This document shows, piece by piece, positions 12,390 to 23,521 of a DNA stretch of 64,000 nucleotides; the first letter of the stretch is position 1; every line of letters begins with the position of its first letter. The notes below the pieces were generated by a model. The model ran no database searches, had not been told where the DNA came from, and saw only the letters and a program-made list of their open reading frames with translations. The stretch spans positions 992,001 through 1,056,000 of the forward strand of contig CAVRAL010000001.1 in assembly GCA_963719085.1 (NCBI GenBank). The letters run 5' to 3'. The translations under genes were made by a program, and so were the position numbers. Source of the stretch: a candidate division FCPU426 bacterium. GTDB lineage: Bacteria > Oederibacteriota > Muellerivitia > Muellerivitales > Muellerivitaceae.

Positions 12390-14846
12390 TTAAACGGCGG
12401 CGGGAATCGCCTTCCGTCTTTCGTTATTTTTCAACAAGAGCAAGTCCGTCCGCATATCGAGCAAATCGCTCAACTCCGCCATCTTGGGAAAAGCCGCGGA
12501 GTTTTCAGCGGCCCCGTAAACCGCTTCCTGCGCCAAATAAAGGTTGGAGTCCAACCCCAGCTTTTTAGCCAACTGGACGACCGCCAAAGCCGCCTTAATA
12601 TTCTCATCGGTGGGATTGGCCACGGACGATTCCACAATCTCGGTGATCAAATTCCGGAAGGTGTGTTCCGCCACGAAACGGTCAATTTGATAACCATGCT
12701 GGGTCACGTCATCCGCCAAAGCCAAAAGATTTTGATAGGCCAGCGAATCCTTGAACCATTCCTTCTTTTGAATCTCTTCCTCGAAAATCCGTCCGAAGGT
12801 GAACTCGGCCGCGGCCCGGATTTCCCGGGGTAATTCAAACCCGACCGACTGGAGCATTTCCAGGTTCCGTCGGTTGTCCTCATACAAACGCACGTATTGC
12901 TCGGAGAAATGTTCCACCAGGCTGCCGAACACCTTCCGGAATATCTTCTGGCGGCTCTCCGGAAGCAATTGTTCCACACTGAGTTCCTGGGGTCCGAACT
13001 CTTCCTGCATCAACCGAAGCAGCTTGGGCAAAGAAACGGTGTAGAACTGGCCCCAAAGTTTTTTGACCGATTTTTGGAAATTTTCGGCCCGCAAATAAGG
13101 ACGCACGGCCCCGTAAAAATCGATCCCTCCCAAGTGGAGCCCGGCGAAAGCGTACCGAAAATGCTGGCGGGTCATGGTTTGCTCCAATAAGACATGGCCC
13201 GTGACGAGCGCGAACCGGCCATGTTCTTCCCGGCGCACATCCGCCAATTCGTATAGAAACCCCCCGGCCTCGGCCCTTTCGGGCAAATGTTCCTCCACCA
13301 AATAGGACATGGCCAAATGGGCCACCACGCCCTCGGGCGCGACCCGGCTGGGTTCGGCGAATTTATGGAAAATATCGGCCGCGTTGCCAAACTCCGGAAT
13401 GTTGCTCTGGGCCTGGGAAAGGATTTCCAAAAACTCGGATTCGGGCGATTCGTAGCCAAGCGACTCCAAAAGGTCGAATATTTGAGCCGCGTATTTCAAA
13501 ACCTGGACCGTCTCAATTCCGGAAACCTCGGTGAAAAACCATCCGCAGCTGGTGTACATCAGCATGGCGCTTCGTTGGATTTCAAGTTGGGTCAGGGCCC
13601 GCACGATTTCCAAGTCGGTCAAGGTTTTTCCCGCGTGCTTTTCCAAAAATTCTTTTCGGGAAAGCGCGGGGTCTAGCAGAAGGTCGATATAGTCGTCGCG
13701 GGTTTTCCAAGGATCGATAAAAAGCTTCCCTTTTTCATCCTCAAAGTAGCCTGAAACCTTGTCCCGCAATAAATCAAAAGCTTTGCGCAAAGGTCCCCGC
13801 CAGGCCTGCTGCCAGCCTTCCCGGCCCCCGGTTTGACAGCCGCAATCCCTGAACCAGCGGCCCACCCCATGGGCGCAACTCCAGGATGTGCCCAGACCGT
13901 CCTCACCGAGCTTAATTTCCACTTCCATCGTGGGAGGGTGCTTTTCCAGGAACGCGCCGTAGTTGGTGACCCAATAATCCCGGCGGGGCGCCTCGACCGC
14001 CAAAGCATAGGCCAAGCTTCGATCGCCGAACTTGGTGTGATGTCCGTAAGACTCCCCGTCGGTAGCGGCCTGGATGACCCGGCCTTCCCCGCCTCCGGCG
14101 CGGGAAATCCGGTCAATGAGGGTTTGGCTTGAGATCAGGGCCCCCTCAAAGGCGATGGAGCGGGCGATGGCCATGTCATAAAAGAAAATATCGATATGAC
14201 GGCCTGAGCCGTCCCGGTGGAAATAACGATAAGCCATTCCCGGATCGATCGATCCATTGGAAACATTGTGCCAATCCCCACCGCTTAAGGGACGGACCCG
14301 CTCGGCTTGATCCGGGGATAAAAGGACATAGGAAAGCCCCTCATCGATCAAAGTGCTTAAGGTGGCGTCATTGCAGGCGGTTTCCGGAAGCCAAAGCGAT
14401 TCCGGATCGCGCTTAAAGCGGGACTTAAAATCCGCGATGCCCCACTTCACCTGGGTCACCCGGTCCTTTTCATTACAAAGCGGCAGGATGGTGTGGTTGT
14501 AGCCTTGGGCGATGGCGTTGCCGTGGCCGTTATTTTTGACCAGACTTTCCCGGTCCGCTTCCAAAATACGGCGGTAGGTGTTGGGATGGTACTTTTCCAC
14601 CCAACTCATCAGCGTCGGCCCCATATTGAAGCTGATCTGGCTGTAATTATCGATGATGCTCTCAATCCGCCCGCTCTTGAGGTCGATAACCCGGGCAAAA
14701 GCGTTGGGACGGTAGCATTCGTAATAAATGCGCTCATTCCAATTGGGAAAGGGTTGGGCGCTGGGCTGGTCGTCAATGAGGCCGGTCCAGGGATTTTCCC
14801 GGGGCGGCTGATAAAAATGTCCATGAATAATAAGGGCGGTTGCCAT
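12390..14846 (-). CDS. Glycoside hydrolase family 57 protein with DUF3536
   Basis: [40 protein letters not shown] and MYTSCGWFF motifs; adjacent to glgB. Confidence 0.9.
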   Translation of the reverse strand: MATALIIHGHFYQPPRENPWTGLIDDQPSAQPFPNWNERIYYECYRPNAFARVIDLKSGRIESIIDNYSQISFNMGPTLMSWVEKYHPNTYRRILEADRESLVKNNGHGNAIAQGYNHTILPLCNEKDRVTQVKWGIADFKSRFKRDPESLWLPETACNDATLSTLIDEGLSYVLLSPDQAERVRPLSGGDWHNVSNGSIDPGMAYRYFHRDGSGRHIDIFFYDMAIARSIAFEGALISSQTLIDRISRAGGGEGRVIQAATDGESYGHHTKFGDRSLAYALAVEAPRRDYWVTNYGAFLEKHPPTMEVEIKLGEDGLGTSWSCAHGVGRWFRDCGCQTGGREGWQQAWRGPLRKAFDLLRDKVSGYFEDEKGKLFIDPWKTRDDYIDLLLDPALSRKEFLEKHAGKTLTDLEIVRALTQLEIQRSAMLMYTSCGWFFTEVSGIETVQVLKYAAQIFDLLESLGYESPESEFLEILSQAQSNIPEFGNAADIFHKFAEPSRVAPEGVVAHLAMSYLVEEHLPERAEAGGFLYELADVRREEHGRFALVTGHVLLEQTMTRQHFRYAFAGLHLGGIDFYGAVRPYLRAENFQKSVKKLWGQFYTVSLPKLLRLMQEEFGPQELSVEQLLPESRQKIFRKVFGSLVEHFSEQYVRLYEDNRRNLEMLQSVGFELPREIRAAAEFTFGRIFEEEIQKKEWFKDSLAYQNLLALADDVTQHGYQIDRFVAEHTFRNLITEIVESSVANPTDENIKAALAVVQLAKKLGLDSNLYLAQEAVYGAAENSAAFPKMAELSDLLDMRTDLLLLKNNERRKAIPAAV

Positions 14847-14927
14847 TCAAGCCTCGAAAAGCGGGAGTGAAGAAGGCCCTATTCTGCCGGGTGGGACCCG
14901 CTAATTCAAACCGAAAATAGGCGTTTT

Positions 14928-16226
14928 TTAGGCCAAGTCCTGGATCATGCCGGCGGCGACCGTGTTATTGGTCAATTCGTCAATCAAAATGAAACTTCCC
15001 GTTCCCCGGTTTCGGGAATAAGGATCGAAACAAATGGGCTTCAAGGTTTGAATTTCCACCTCAGCGATGTCATTGAGATTCAATTGTTCGGCCGTGTTTT
15101 TGTTCATCGTCTTCATATCCCGAACCCAGCGAATGCCGTCAATCATGGCTTTCACCTCGCCGGTCCCCAATTTTAAAAGATACTTTTTCCTCAAAGCCAT
15201 CTGTTCCTTCACCATCCAACAAAGCTTGGCGGAAAAATGTTTACCGGTCTTCGGCTCATTCCCCGGGTAAACCAGCATATCCCCGCGGGAAATGTCGATT
15301 TCAGTTTCAAGCCGCAGGGTCACGCAAGAAGGCGGCCAGGCCTCCTCGAGCTCGCCGTCAAAAGTATCGATCGATTTAATGGTCGAAACCGCTCCCGAAG
15401 GAAGCGCCATGATCTTCTGTCCCTTTTTCGCCACGCCCGAAACCACTTTCCCGGCGAAACCCCGGTAATCCAAATTAGGCCTCAAAACAATTTGCACCGG
15501 GAAACGGAAATCCTCAAGATTGCGGTCTTTGGAAATTTCAACCGTTTCCAAATACTCCAGCAATGACTTCCCCTGGTACCAGGGCATGGCGGCGCTTTTC
15601 ACCGTCACGTTGTCCCCTTTCAAGGCCGACAAAGGAATAAACTCAAGATTCTTCATCGACGGGGGAGCCGGGTTCTCATCCGCCAATTGTTTAAAAAACG
15701 CGGTGTATTCTTTTTTAATCTCCTCAAACTTCGCCTCGCTGAATTCAACCAAATCCATTTTGTTGACCGCCACCACGATATGGGGAATGCCCAAAAGTTT
15801 GGCGATATAGCCATGGCGTTTGGACTGGATCATGACCCCGTTGCGGGCGTCAATCAAGATGATGGCTAAATCCGCGGTCGAGGCCCCCGTCACCATGTTG
15901 CGGGTGTACTGCTCGTGGCCCGGGGTGTCGGCGATGATGAACTTGCGCTTGGCCGTGACGAAATAACGGTAGGCCACGTCAATGGTGATCCCTTGCTCGC
16001 GCTCCGCGGAAAGCCCATCGGTGATCAAGGCGAAATCGATGTCTTCGCCTCCCTTTTTTTCCGTGGTGCGGCGGATCGCCTCCAATTGGTCCTCAAAGAC
16101 TCCCTTGGAATCATAAAGAAGACGTCCGATGAGGGTTGACTTGCCGTCGTCCACGCTGCCCGCAGTGGTAAACCGGAGCAAATCCATCTTTTCGTAATTG
16201 AGGAGGGTTTTGGCTTCGAGGGTCAA
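14928..16226 (-). CDS. cysN: Sulfate adenylyltransferase subunit 1 (GTPase); in this sequence in-frame with the upstream cysD
   Basis: [30 protein letters not shown] and NKMD motifs; probable ancestral TTG start at 16226. Confidence 0.93.
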   Translation of the reverse strand: MTLEAKTLLNYEKMDLLRFTTAGSVDDGKSTLIGRLLYDSKGVFEDQLEAIRRTTEKKGGEDIDFALITDGLSAEREQGITIDVAYRYFVTAKRKFIIADTPGHEQYTRNMVTGASTADLAIILIDARNGVMIQSKRHGYIAKLLGIPHIVVAVNKMDLVEFSEAKFEEIKKEYTAFFKQLADENPAPPSMKNLEFIPLSALKGDNVTVKSAAMPWYQGKSLLEYLETVEISKDRNLEDFRFPVQIVLRPNLDYRGFAGKVVSGVAKKGQKIMALPSGAVSTIKSIDTFDGELEEAWPPSCVTLRLETEIDISRGDMLVYPGNEPKTGKHFSAKLCWMVKEQMALRKKYLLKLGTGEVKAMIDGIRWVRDMKTMNKNTAEQLNLNDIAEVEIQTLKPICFDPYSRNRGTGSFILIDELTNNTVAAGMIQDLA

Positions 16227-17147
16227 AAGTAACCTTCCTTTTTCTTTTGTTCCATCGAGTCTGTCGGAGCCGTGGTCGATGATCCGGTTTTCCCGTTCGC
16301 TTTTGCGGGTGGTGATCAGATCCTCGATAATCCCCCTAAGGTCCGTCACTTCCTTATCCGACTGCACCGCGCCCGTACAGGACATACAGCCTAAAGACCT
16401 AAAACGCACCCGCATGTCTTTGACTTCATCCCCGGGCAAAATCGGGATGTGGGAAACAAAAGGAATCAGCAGGTTTTTGCGTTGGATAATCTTACGGGTG
16501 TGGGTGAAATAAATCGGGACCACGGGAATATTTTCCATCTCGATATAAAGCCAAATATCCAGTTCGGTCCAATTGGACAAGGGGAATACCCGGATCGACT
16601 CGCTCTCGTTGATCTTGGAGTTGTAAAGGTCCCATAATTCGGGTCTTTGGTTTTTAGGATCCCATTGTCCAAAGGCGTCCCGGAAGGAGTAAACCCGTTC
16701 CTTGGCCCGCGATTTTTCCTCTTCCCGCCGCGCCCCGCCGAAAGCCGCGTCAAAACCATGCTTCCCCAGCCCGTCCAATAATCCTTGGGTTTTTAAAAGT
16801 CCGCAGCATTTTTGAACGCCATATTTAAAGGGGCTGGATCCGCCGGCAATGGCTTCCTCGTTACGTTCCACAAGGAGTTTGGCCCCGATTTCCTTGACCA
16901 GCTTGTCCCGGAACTCGTACATTTCGGGGAATTTATAGCCTGTGTCCACGTGGAGCAGCGGAAAAGGGATCTTGCCGGGGAAAAAGGCCTTTTGGGCCAG
17001 CCGCAGCATGACACTGGAGTCCTTGCCGACCGAATAAAGCATGACCGGGTTTTTAAATTCCGCCACGACTTCACGGATAATGAAGATACTTTCCGCTTCC
17101 AACTGACGAAGATGGGATAGGGTTTGAGATTGGGCGGCCGTTGACAT
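16223..17147 (-). CDS. cysD: Sulfate adenylyltransferase subunit 2; apparent one-base insertion near 16260 fuses it to cysN (ORF 14928..17147)
   Basis: [35 protein letters not shown] and RFRSLGC motifs; canonical C-terminus [15 protein letters not shown] lies in a shifted frame ending at 16223. Confidence 0.92.
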
Positions 17148-17369
17148 TTTTTCCTCAAAAGCGATTTGAGCTCATTGTTGGACTTTCAGCTAAAAACGTC
17201 CAGGGGGCGGCCAAAAGCCCAACAAAAATACTATGTTTCGGGGTCAAACTCAATGCCAAAGAAGCCACCAAGACATTTGCCACAGATGTCCCGTGGCTCC
17301 CTATAAGTGTCAAGGATGCCCGGGACGATGCCGCTCCCCCTTAACTTTGATATGGAGGAGCGGCGCGCA

Positions 17370-17506
17370 CACAGATCAATACTGATGAACACAGATGAGG
17401 AAAATCTTTAATTTAAAGGCTCGGACGGCGAAAAACGACTTTTGAGGAAAAACTTTCTTTGCGTCCTTAGAAAATCTTCATCCGTGTTCATCAGTGTGCA
17501 TCTGTG
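17370..17506. repeat. Intergenic inverted repeat with ~10-nt periodic arms (REP/MITE-like)
   Basis: Left arm CACAGATCAATACTGATGAACACAGATGAGGA; right arm reverse complement CACAGATGCACACTGATGAACACGGATGAAGA. Confidence 0.75.
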
Positions 17507-17538
17507 GATAAAAAAGGTTTCGGCTTTTAGCTTTGGTT

Positions 17539-18579
17539 TTAAAGCGGAAAAACGTGGAAGGCGGTGATAGCGGCGTAGACTTCCTGGTTTTCCTTGAAGC
17601 CGCTGGCCAGGGCCACGCCCTTGGGCAGTTGGGCCGAGATGATCTTATCCTCACCGATATCGAGTTTGTACTCGATGACGGTCCCCTTGAAACGGGTTTG
17701 GACAATCTTTGCCTTGACCTGCAGGGTCTCAAAGGACTCGGTCACATAAACATCGTTGGGCCTGAAATAGATCCGGATTTTTTGCTTCACTTGAAATCCC
17801 CGGCTGATGGGGAACCGGAAAGGCCCCCAGATGGCCAAACCCGGCTCGGCGATTTCGGTGTCGATAAAATTGGTTTCCCCCACGAATTGGGCGATGAAAT
17901 GGGTCGCGGGCTCATCAAAAATTTGAATCGGTGTTCCGTCCTGCTCGATCTCGCCGTGATTCATAATGAGGATCCGGCTGGCCACTTCCAACGCCTCGTG
18001 CTGGTCATGGGTCACGAAAAGGGTGGTCACCCGGCTTTGCTCATGCAGTTTTAAAAGCCAGTCCCGCAATTCTTCTCTCACCTTGGCGTCCAACGCGCCG
18101 AAGGGTTCATCCAACAAAAGCACCTCGGGCCGGGGCGCCAGAGCCCGTGCCACGGCCACCCTTTGGCGCTGTCCCCCCGACAATTGGGAAGGATAACGCC
18201 TCTCGTATCCGGTCAATTGAATGAGGTTTAAAAGCTCATAAACCCGGTTTTTCACCTCGGCCTCCGGCGTCTTGCGCACCCGAAGACCGAAGGCGATGTT
18301 CTCGAAAATGCTCATGTGTTTAAACAACGCGTAATGCTGGAACACAAAACCCACATTCCGTTCTTTGGCCGAAACGTAAGTGGCTTCCCGTCCCGTCAAA
18401 TGGATCTCACCCGAATCCGGCACCTCAAGCCCGGCGATCATGCGCAGTAAGGTGCTTTTGCCCGAACCCGAAGGGCCCAGCAAGGCGACCAGCGACCCGG
18501 TCTCCAGCTTCAGGCTGATGTCCTTCACCGCCTGAAACTTGTTGAAGGTTTTGCTTAAGTTCCGGACCTCAATACTCAT
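17539..18579 (-). CDS. cysA: Sulfate/thiosulfate ABC transporter ATP-binding subunit
   Basis: GPSGSGKST, LSGGQRQR, LLLDEPFGALD and VGFVFQHYALF motifs; operon context. Confidence 0.96.
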   Translation of the reverse strand: MSIEVRNLSKTFNKFQAVKDISLKLETGSLVALLGPSGSGKSTLLRMIAGLEVPDSGEIHLTGREATYVSAKERNVGFVFQHYALFKHMSIFENIAFGLRVRKTPEAEVKNRVYELLNLIQLTGYERRYPSQLSGGQRQRVAVARALAPRPEVLLLDEPFGALDAKVREELRDWLLKLHEQSRVTTLFVTHDQHEALEVASRILIMNHGEIEQDGTPIQIFDEPATHFIAQFVGETNFIDTEIAEPGLAIWGPFRFPISRGFQVKQKIRIYFRPNDVYVTESFETLQVKAKIVQTRFKGTVIEYKLDIGEDKIISAQLPKGVALASGFKENQEVYAAITAFHVFPL

Positions 18580-19490
18580 AAGATGCCCTCTTGTGTTATG
18601 GATAAATTGGACAGCTCACGTTCCCGATCGACCCGGGCTTCCACAAAGCTTTTGGCGACCAAGGTCACCAGCGCGAGAAAAGCCAAAAGCGACGCGGCGG
18701 CGAAGGCCGCGGTAAAGTCATACTCGTTATAGAGAATCTCCACGTGCAAGGGCAGGGTATTGGTCAAACCCCGGATATGGCCCGACACCACCGATACGGC
18801 GCCAAACTCGCCCATGGCCCTGGCGTTACAAAGAATGACTCCATAGAGAAGCCCCCATTGAATATTAGGAACCGTGATAAGGCGGAATATTTGCCAACCG
18901 CTGGCCCCCAGCACCATGCCGGCTTCTTCCTCATCCGAGCCTTGTTCTTCCATGAGCGGAATCAATTCCCGGGAAACGAAAGGAAAGGTCACGAAAATCG
19001 TGGCCAGAATGATCCCCAGCGGCGCGAAAATGATCTGAATGTTGTGGTCCTTGAGCCAATGGCCCATCAAACCCTGGAGCCCGAATAACAGCACAAAAAC
19101 CAAACCCGAGATGACCGGGGATACCGTGAAGGGGATGTCCACCAGGGTAATCAGGAGGTTTTTTCCCGGAAAACGAAAGCGGGTAATGGCCCAAGCCGCG
19201 GCCAACCCGAACAAAGTATTTAGAAGCACCGAAAAGAAGGCCGTGATCAGCGTCAAGCGGATGGCCGAAATGGCGGCCGGGTCGGTAACCGCTTGAAAGT
19301 AGTAGCCAATTCCCTTTTCAAAGGCCGTGCAAAAAACCACCCCCAGCGGCAAAAGCAAAAAAAGTCCCAGAAATAAAAGGGAGATCCCAATCAAAATAAA
19401 CCGGACCCACTTGGGTTCGGTCAGGGCCGCCGCCGGATCGGCGACTTGCCCTTCCCTTCTTAAACTAACCAAAAGCACTTCCCGTTCCAT
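18576..19490 (-). CDS. cysW: Sulfate ABC transporter permease CysW (start may be slightly downstream)
   Basis: DIPFTVSPVISG, ARAMGEFGAVSVVSGHIRG and TLPLHVEILYNEY motifs. Confidence 0.95.
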   Translation of the reverse strand: MEREVLLVSLRREGQVADPAAALTEPKWVRFILIGISLLFLGLFLLLPLGVVFCTAFEKGIGYYFQAVTDPAAISAIRLTLITAFFSVLLNTLFGLAAAWAITRFRFPGKNLLITLVDIPFTVSPVISGLVFVLLFGLQGLMGHWLKDHNIQIIFAPLGIILATIFVTFPFVSRELIPLMEEQGSDEEEAGMVLGASGWQIFRLITVPNIQWGLLYGVILCNARAMGEFGAVSVVSGHIRGLTNTLPLHVEILYNEYDFTAAFAAASLLAFLALVTLVAKSFVEARVDRERELSNLSITQEGIL

Positions 19491-19497
19491 AAATCCC

Positions 19498-20340
19498 TCA
19501 GTGAATAACGCGGTGCTGGCCGATTTTCGATTGCAGCCAGTTAATCAGTAAAAGCAAACCAAAAGAAATCGTCAGCATCACCACGGCGATCGAAGTGGCC
19601 CCGGCGTAGTCATATTGTTCCAGCTTGGTCATGATCAGGAGCGGCGCGATCTCGGTTTTCATGGGCATATTGCCTGAGATGAAAACCACCGAGCCGTATT
19701 CCCCCACCGCCCGGGCGAAAGCCAAGGAGAAACCCGTGATCCAAGCCGGGGCCAAGGAAGGCAAAATCACCCGGCTCAAGGTTTGCCAGCGGGTCGCGCC
19801 CAGACTGACCGCGGCCTTTTCAATTTCCGGATCCAAAGATTCCAATACGGGTTGAAGCGTGCGTACCACAAAAGGCAGTCCAATAAAGGTCAGCGCCACT
19901 AAAATGCCCAAGGGCGTGTAATCCACCTGGATCCCGAGAGGAACCAGAAAGCGGCCGATCCAACCGTTCGGCGCGTAAACCGCGGTTAAGGCGATGCCCG
20001 CGACCGCCGTGGGAAGCGCGAAGGGAAGGTCCACCATGGCATCCACGATCCGCTTGCCCGGAAAGGAATAGCGCACCAATACCCAAGCCACCACCACCCC
20101 GAAAACGGAGTTGATCAAGGCCCCCAAAAAAGACACACCAAAGCTTAATTTATAAGAAGCCAATACCCGCGGGCTGGATACCTCTTGGACAAATTGGGCC
20201 CAGGTAATGGTGGTCGTCTTTAATATCAGCGCCCCGATCGGAATTAAAACAATGAGGCTTAAATAAGTGAGGGTGTAACCCATCGACAGCCCAAAGCCGG
20301 GCAAAACGCCGGTGGATTTGAAAATCGGTTTGGAGTTCAC
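19498..20340 (-). CDS. cysT: Sulfate ABC transporter permease CysT/CysU
   Basis: VLPGFGLS, DLPFALPTAVAG, ARAVGEYGSV and KLEQYDY motifs. Confidence 0.96.
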   Translation of the reverse strand: MNSKPIFKSTGVLPGFGLSMGYTLTYLSLIVLIPIGALILKTTTITWAQFVQEVSSPRVLASYKLSFGVSFLGALINSVFGVVVAWVLVRYSFPGKRIVDAMVDLPFALPTAVAGIALTAVYAPNGWIGRFLVPLGIQVDYTPLGILVALTFIGLPFVVRTLQPVLESLDPEIEKAAVSLGATRWQTLSRVILPSLAPAWITGFSLAFARAVGEYGSVVFISGNMPMKTEIAPLLIMTKLEQYDYAGATSIAVVMLTISFGLLLLINWLQSKIGQHRVIH

Positions 20341-20371
20341 GGATTAAAATTCCTCTTAATACTGCGGGGTT

Positions 20372-20653
20372 CTAAATCTCGCCGCTTTTGTCTTTCCACT
20401 CTTTGAGCAATTGCCGGATCGCCTCAACGGCCTCGGAGGCGTCCTCTCCCTCGGCCGAAAACTCCAGCACACTACCATAAATCGCCCCAATCGTTAATAA
20501 GTCGATCAAGTTCTTGGCGTTCACCGCGTAGCCGCTACCGTTCGAAACCAGTATTTTGCTTTTAAAACGGCTAACTACCTTCACGAGTTGCGCCCCGGCC
20601 CGCAAATGAATGCCCAGTTGATGGAGTACGGGTATCTTTAATTTCTTTTTCAT
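20372..20653 (-). CDS. HPr-family phosphocarrier-like protein (alternative in-frame start at 20794 with strong RBS)
   Basis: GIHLRAGAQLVK (HPr GLHARP-like), VNAKN and LEFSAEGEDASEAVEAI motifs; GAGG RBS before ATG 20653. Confidence 0.85.
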   Translation of the reverse strand: MKKKLKIPVLHQLGIHLRAGAQLVKVVSRFKSKILVSNGSGYAVNAKNLIDLLTIGAIYGSVLEFSAEGEDASEAVEAIRQLLKEWKDKSGEI

Positions 20654-20834
20654 GGCCTCATCCCCATTTAAGCCGCTCAAGACGACTAGTTTCGCCTTCT
20701 TGTCCCAATGTCCGCCTTTTTTCAACTTGTCCGGGCGCCAGCCCTGTTTCGGGATCTCAAAAAGAGGGTTGATGGTCGAATATTTAATCAACATCGTTTC
20801 CCCCTTCCTCAAATCCAGACTTTGGTTTTTCCAC

Positions 20835-20877
20835 AAAATAAAAACGCGGGAAAGCGTCCCTGTCCACTTCCCCGCGC
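20835..20877 (-). terminator. Intrinsic terminator between sbp and the HPr-like gene
   Basis: Minus strand CGCGGGGAAGTG-GACAGGGA-CGCTTTCCCGCG followed by TTTTTATTTT. Confidence 0.7.
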
Positions 20878-21020
20878 CAGGCCTTTAGCCCTTACAGCCA
20901 CCAGGCATAAGCAGCTGTCTCATGCCTTGAACAAAAACTCGTCTCTCAATCGACGGCGGGACAGGCCCTCCGTCAAACACTCAGGACTAACGCTCAATCC
21001 GATCTGGCATGAGACGCTTT
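20878..21020 (-). ncRNA. Unidentified structured RNA/attenuator candidate
   Basis: GTCTCATGCC/GGCATGAGAC long-range stem; apical GACGGAGGG-CCTGT-CCCGCCGTC hairpin; alternative GGCATGAG/CTTATGCC pairing. Confidence 0.4.
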
Positions 21021-21041
21021 GACTCCTATTACACTCCAGTC

Positions 21042-22067
21042 CTACTTAGGCTGATAAATCTGGTCAAACACCCCGCCATCACCGAAGAAAGCCGGTTGGG
21101 CTTTGCTCCAGCCGCCGAACACCTTGTTGATGGTGAAAAGGTTGATCTTCGGGAAAGTTTTGGCGTATTCCGCCGCCACTTTCTTGTCCCTCGGCCGGTA
21201 GTAATTCCGAGCGACCACTTCCTGGCCTTCGGGCGAGTACAAATAGGTCAAGTAGGCTTGCGCCAAGTCGGTTGTGCCGTGCTTCTGGGTATTTTGATCC
21301 ACCCAGGCCACCGGCGGCTCGGCCAAAATGCTGACCGAAGGGACCACGATCTCAAACTTGTCCTTGCCCAATTCATTGACCGCGAGAAACGCGTCGTTTT
21401 CCCAGGCGATTTCCACGTCCCCCACGCCCCGTTCCACGAAAGTCGTGGTCGATCCGCGCGCGCCCGAATCCAAGACCGGCACATTCTTGTAAAGCTTGGT
21501 CACGAATTCCCGCGCCTTGTCCTCGCTGCCGTATTTTTTCAAGGCGTAACCCCAGGCCGCCAAAAAGTTCCAGCGGGCCCCCCCGGAAGTCTTCGGGTTC
21601 GGCGTAATCACCGAAACATCCGGCCGGACCAAGTCATCCCAGTCGCGGATGTTTTTGGGGTTGCCCTTGCGCACCAACAACACGATGGTGGACGTATAAG
21701 GCGTGCTGTGCTGGGGCAAACGGCTTTGCCAGCTGTCCGGCAAAAGCTGGGCCTTGCTGGCGATGGCGTCGATATCCCCCGCCAGGGCCAATGTCACCAC
21801 GTCGGCTTCCAAACCGTCGATGACCGCCCGGGCTTGCTTGCCCGATCCTCCGTTGGACAAGTCAATCGTCACATCCTGTCCGGTCTTCTTTTTCCAATAA
21901 TCGGCGAAGACCTTGTCGTAATCAGCGTAAAGCTCACGCGTCGGGTCATACGACACATTCAGCAAATGCGCCGCGCCCGCCGGGGCGCCATCCGCCCGGA
22001 CAACCGAGACGGAAGTCGCGGTCAGCGCGAAACTTAAGATTCCCGCTATCCATTTTTTCTTATTCAT
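21042..22067 (-). CDS. sbp: Sulfate ABC transporter periplasmic sulfate-binding protein
   Basis: Signal peptide; [46 protein letters not shown] and AWENDA motifs. Confidence 0.97.
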   Translation of the reverse strand: MNKKKWIAGILSFALTATSVSVVRADGAPAGAAHLLNVSYDPTRELYADYDKVFADYWKKKTGQDVTIDLSNGGSGKQARAVIDGLEADVVTLALAGDIDAIASKAQLLPDSWQSRLPQHSTPYTSTIVLLVRKGNPKNIRDWDDLVRPDVSVITPNPKTSGGARWNFLAAWGYALKKYGSEDKAREFVTKLYKNVPVLDSGARGSTTTFVERGVGDVEIAWENDAFLAVNELGKDKFEIVVPSVSILAEPPVAWVDQNTQKHGTTDLAQAYLTYLYSPEGQEVVARNYYRPRDKKVAAEYAKTFPKINLFTINKVFGGWSKAQPAFFGDGGVFDQIYQPK

Positions 22068-22141
22068 TTTTCTCTCCTTGAGAATGTTCGGCCAATTAGA
22101 TCCTTCCGGAAGCCCTCGGGGCTCCCGGAAGAAATCCCGAA

Positions 22142-23455
22142 TTAAAGGTTGATTTCAGCCTGTCCGATAACCGCCTGGTATTGCTTGAAATGGTCCTCGA
22201 CATTGAGCGAGAGCTTAAAGCGGTCCTTGGCTTGGTACCAATCAATGCCGGCGGTCGCCACATCGTTGTTCCAATGGGCGGGTCCGTTATAGACGTTGGC
22301 GATATAAGACTCGCCACGCACCCCGAAACGCACGTCGCCGATCCGGTACTGCGCCGTCAAGTAATAACCTTGGGGCCAAGATTCCTTCGTGGTGCTCGGA
22401 TTGTAGTAGTTGCCCGGTTCCAGCTTGCCCTGGATATATTCTCCTTGCAGTTTGAATCCGTTGTAAACCCAGCGAAGCTCAAACCCCGTGTTGCTGCGTT
22501 CCCCGGCTGGGGCGTAAACCGTGCTGGTTTTGCCCGCGGCGGAAGTGACCGAAAACAAAGCGTCCTGTTCCCAGCCGCCGTAGAAAGACAATCCGGTCCA
22601 GAGGCCGGTCGCGCCCAATCCGGTCCAATCCACGCCGCCCCGGAAAGCCGCGTCCTTGTTGTCATTGCTATCGGCGATATTTTGCCCCGCGCCCGAAACC
22701 AAGGCCAAGGCGTAATCCACCGCCACCGGTCCAACCGGAATCTTGGAAGCCGAAGCCTGCAAAGCCAAATCGCGCCGGGCTTCGAAGGCCGTCGTCACGA
22801 GGGCCGTGTTGATGAAGTCCAATTCACCCGAGGGTGTACGGCCTTCCAAGGCTTGGGCGTATTTATACTGTCCAAACTGAAGGTCCGCGAAGGGGATATA
22901 GGACGCCTTCACGTAGTAATCCTTCAATTGTTCCCCGTTGGAAACACCCGGCTTCGAGACCGCCGCCGCCGTCACCGGCGTGGCGAACGGACTCGTAAAG
23001 GAAGGACTCACCGCCGCAGTGGCGGCCGCCGGGTCATACTTCACTTGGTACGAAAGCTGTCCCGGGATGAGATCCCCGAAAAGGCCGATTTCCACCCGCT
23101 TGACCGAAAATTGGTCGTAAATGTCGTTGAATCCGGCGGCGGCCGGCGCCACCGGCGCCTTAATCCCGGGAGCCACCGTGCCGAACTGGCTGGCATTGGT
23201 GTATTGACCCTGGACCAAAAGGCTCACCTTGGCGTACTTGGCCAAGTCCGAAATTTTCTTGTTGATGAGCTCCAGGTCCGAAACCGAAATGGCCGACGGA
23301 TCATCGGCGTCCGCCGCGTCCTGAGAATCGGTCACATCGGACGTGGTGGCGGCGGTCGTATCCGTGGCCGGCGCCTTATCCTTGGCCCAAACCTTGGCGT
23401 TGCCAAAAGACAGGGACGTCAGCAAAACCAAAAAAGCAGCTAAAAACCGTTTCAT
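22142..23455 (-). CDS. Outer-membrane anion-selective porin (OprO/OprP-like), putative sulfate porin
   Basis: Signal peptide; beta-strand-rich; [12 protein letters not shown] and [23 protein letters not shown] resemble Porin_O_P motifs; first gene of the sulfate-uptake operon. Confidence 0.7.
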   Translation of the reverse strand: MKRFLAAFLVLLTSLSFGNAKVWAKDKAPATDTTAATTSDVTDSQDAADADDPSAISVSDLELINKKISDLAKYAKVSLLVQGQYTNASQFGTVAPGIKAPVAPAAAGFNDIYDQFSVKRVEIGLFGDLIPGQLSYQVKYDPAAATAAVSPSFTSPFATPVTAAAVSKPGVSNGEQLKDYYVKASYIPFADLQFGQYKYAQALEGRTPSGELDFINTALVTTAFEARRDLALQASASKIPVGPVAVDYALALVSGAGQNIADSNDNKDAAFRGGVDWTGLGATGLWTGLSFYGGWEQDALFSVTSAAGKTSTVYAPAGERSNTGFELRWVYNGFKLQGEYIQGKLEPGNYYNPSTTKESWPQGYYLTAQYRIGDVRFGVRGESYIANVYNGPAHWNNDVATAGIDWYQAKDRFKLSLNVEDHFKQYQAVIGQAEINL

Positions 23456-23521
23456 GATCTACCCCTTTAAATATAAATTTGTCCTCATTTAACGGCGCGG
23501 ACTTTCGCCGAAAAGGGACCC

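Noticed and set aside
16240..16262. Programmed ribosomal frameshift at the cysD/cysN junction
   Set aside because: No convincing slippery site at the position where the frame must change; a simple indel explains the pattern
17175..17366. Several hairpins upstream of cysD as a further riboswitch
   Set aside because: No SAM-I or SAM-II-like core sequence recognised and no supportable assignment
20900..21020. Element after sbp as 6S RNA, T-box, plus-strand SAM-I or a ninth SAM-II-like unit
   Set aside because: The rod is too short for a typical 6S; no T-box TGGnACC motif; shares only GGGACAGGCCC with SAM-I and lacks its core; no GCTTT/TTGC core. Kept only as an unidentified structured RNA.
21009..23443. 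Long plus-strand ORFs 21009..22037 and 22181..23443
   Set aside because: Antisense shadows of sbp and the porin; no recognisable motifs; expected from GC-rich codon bias
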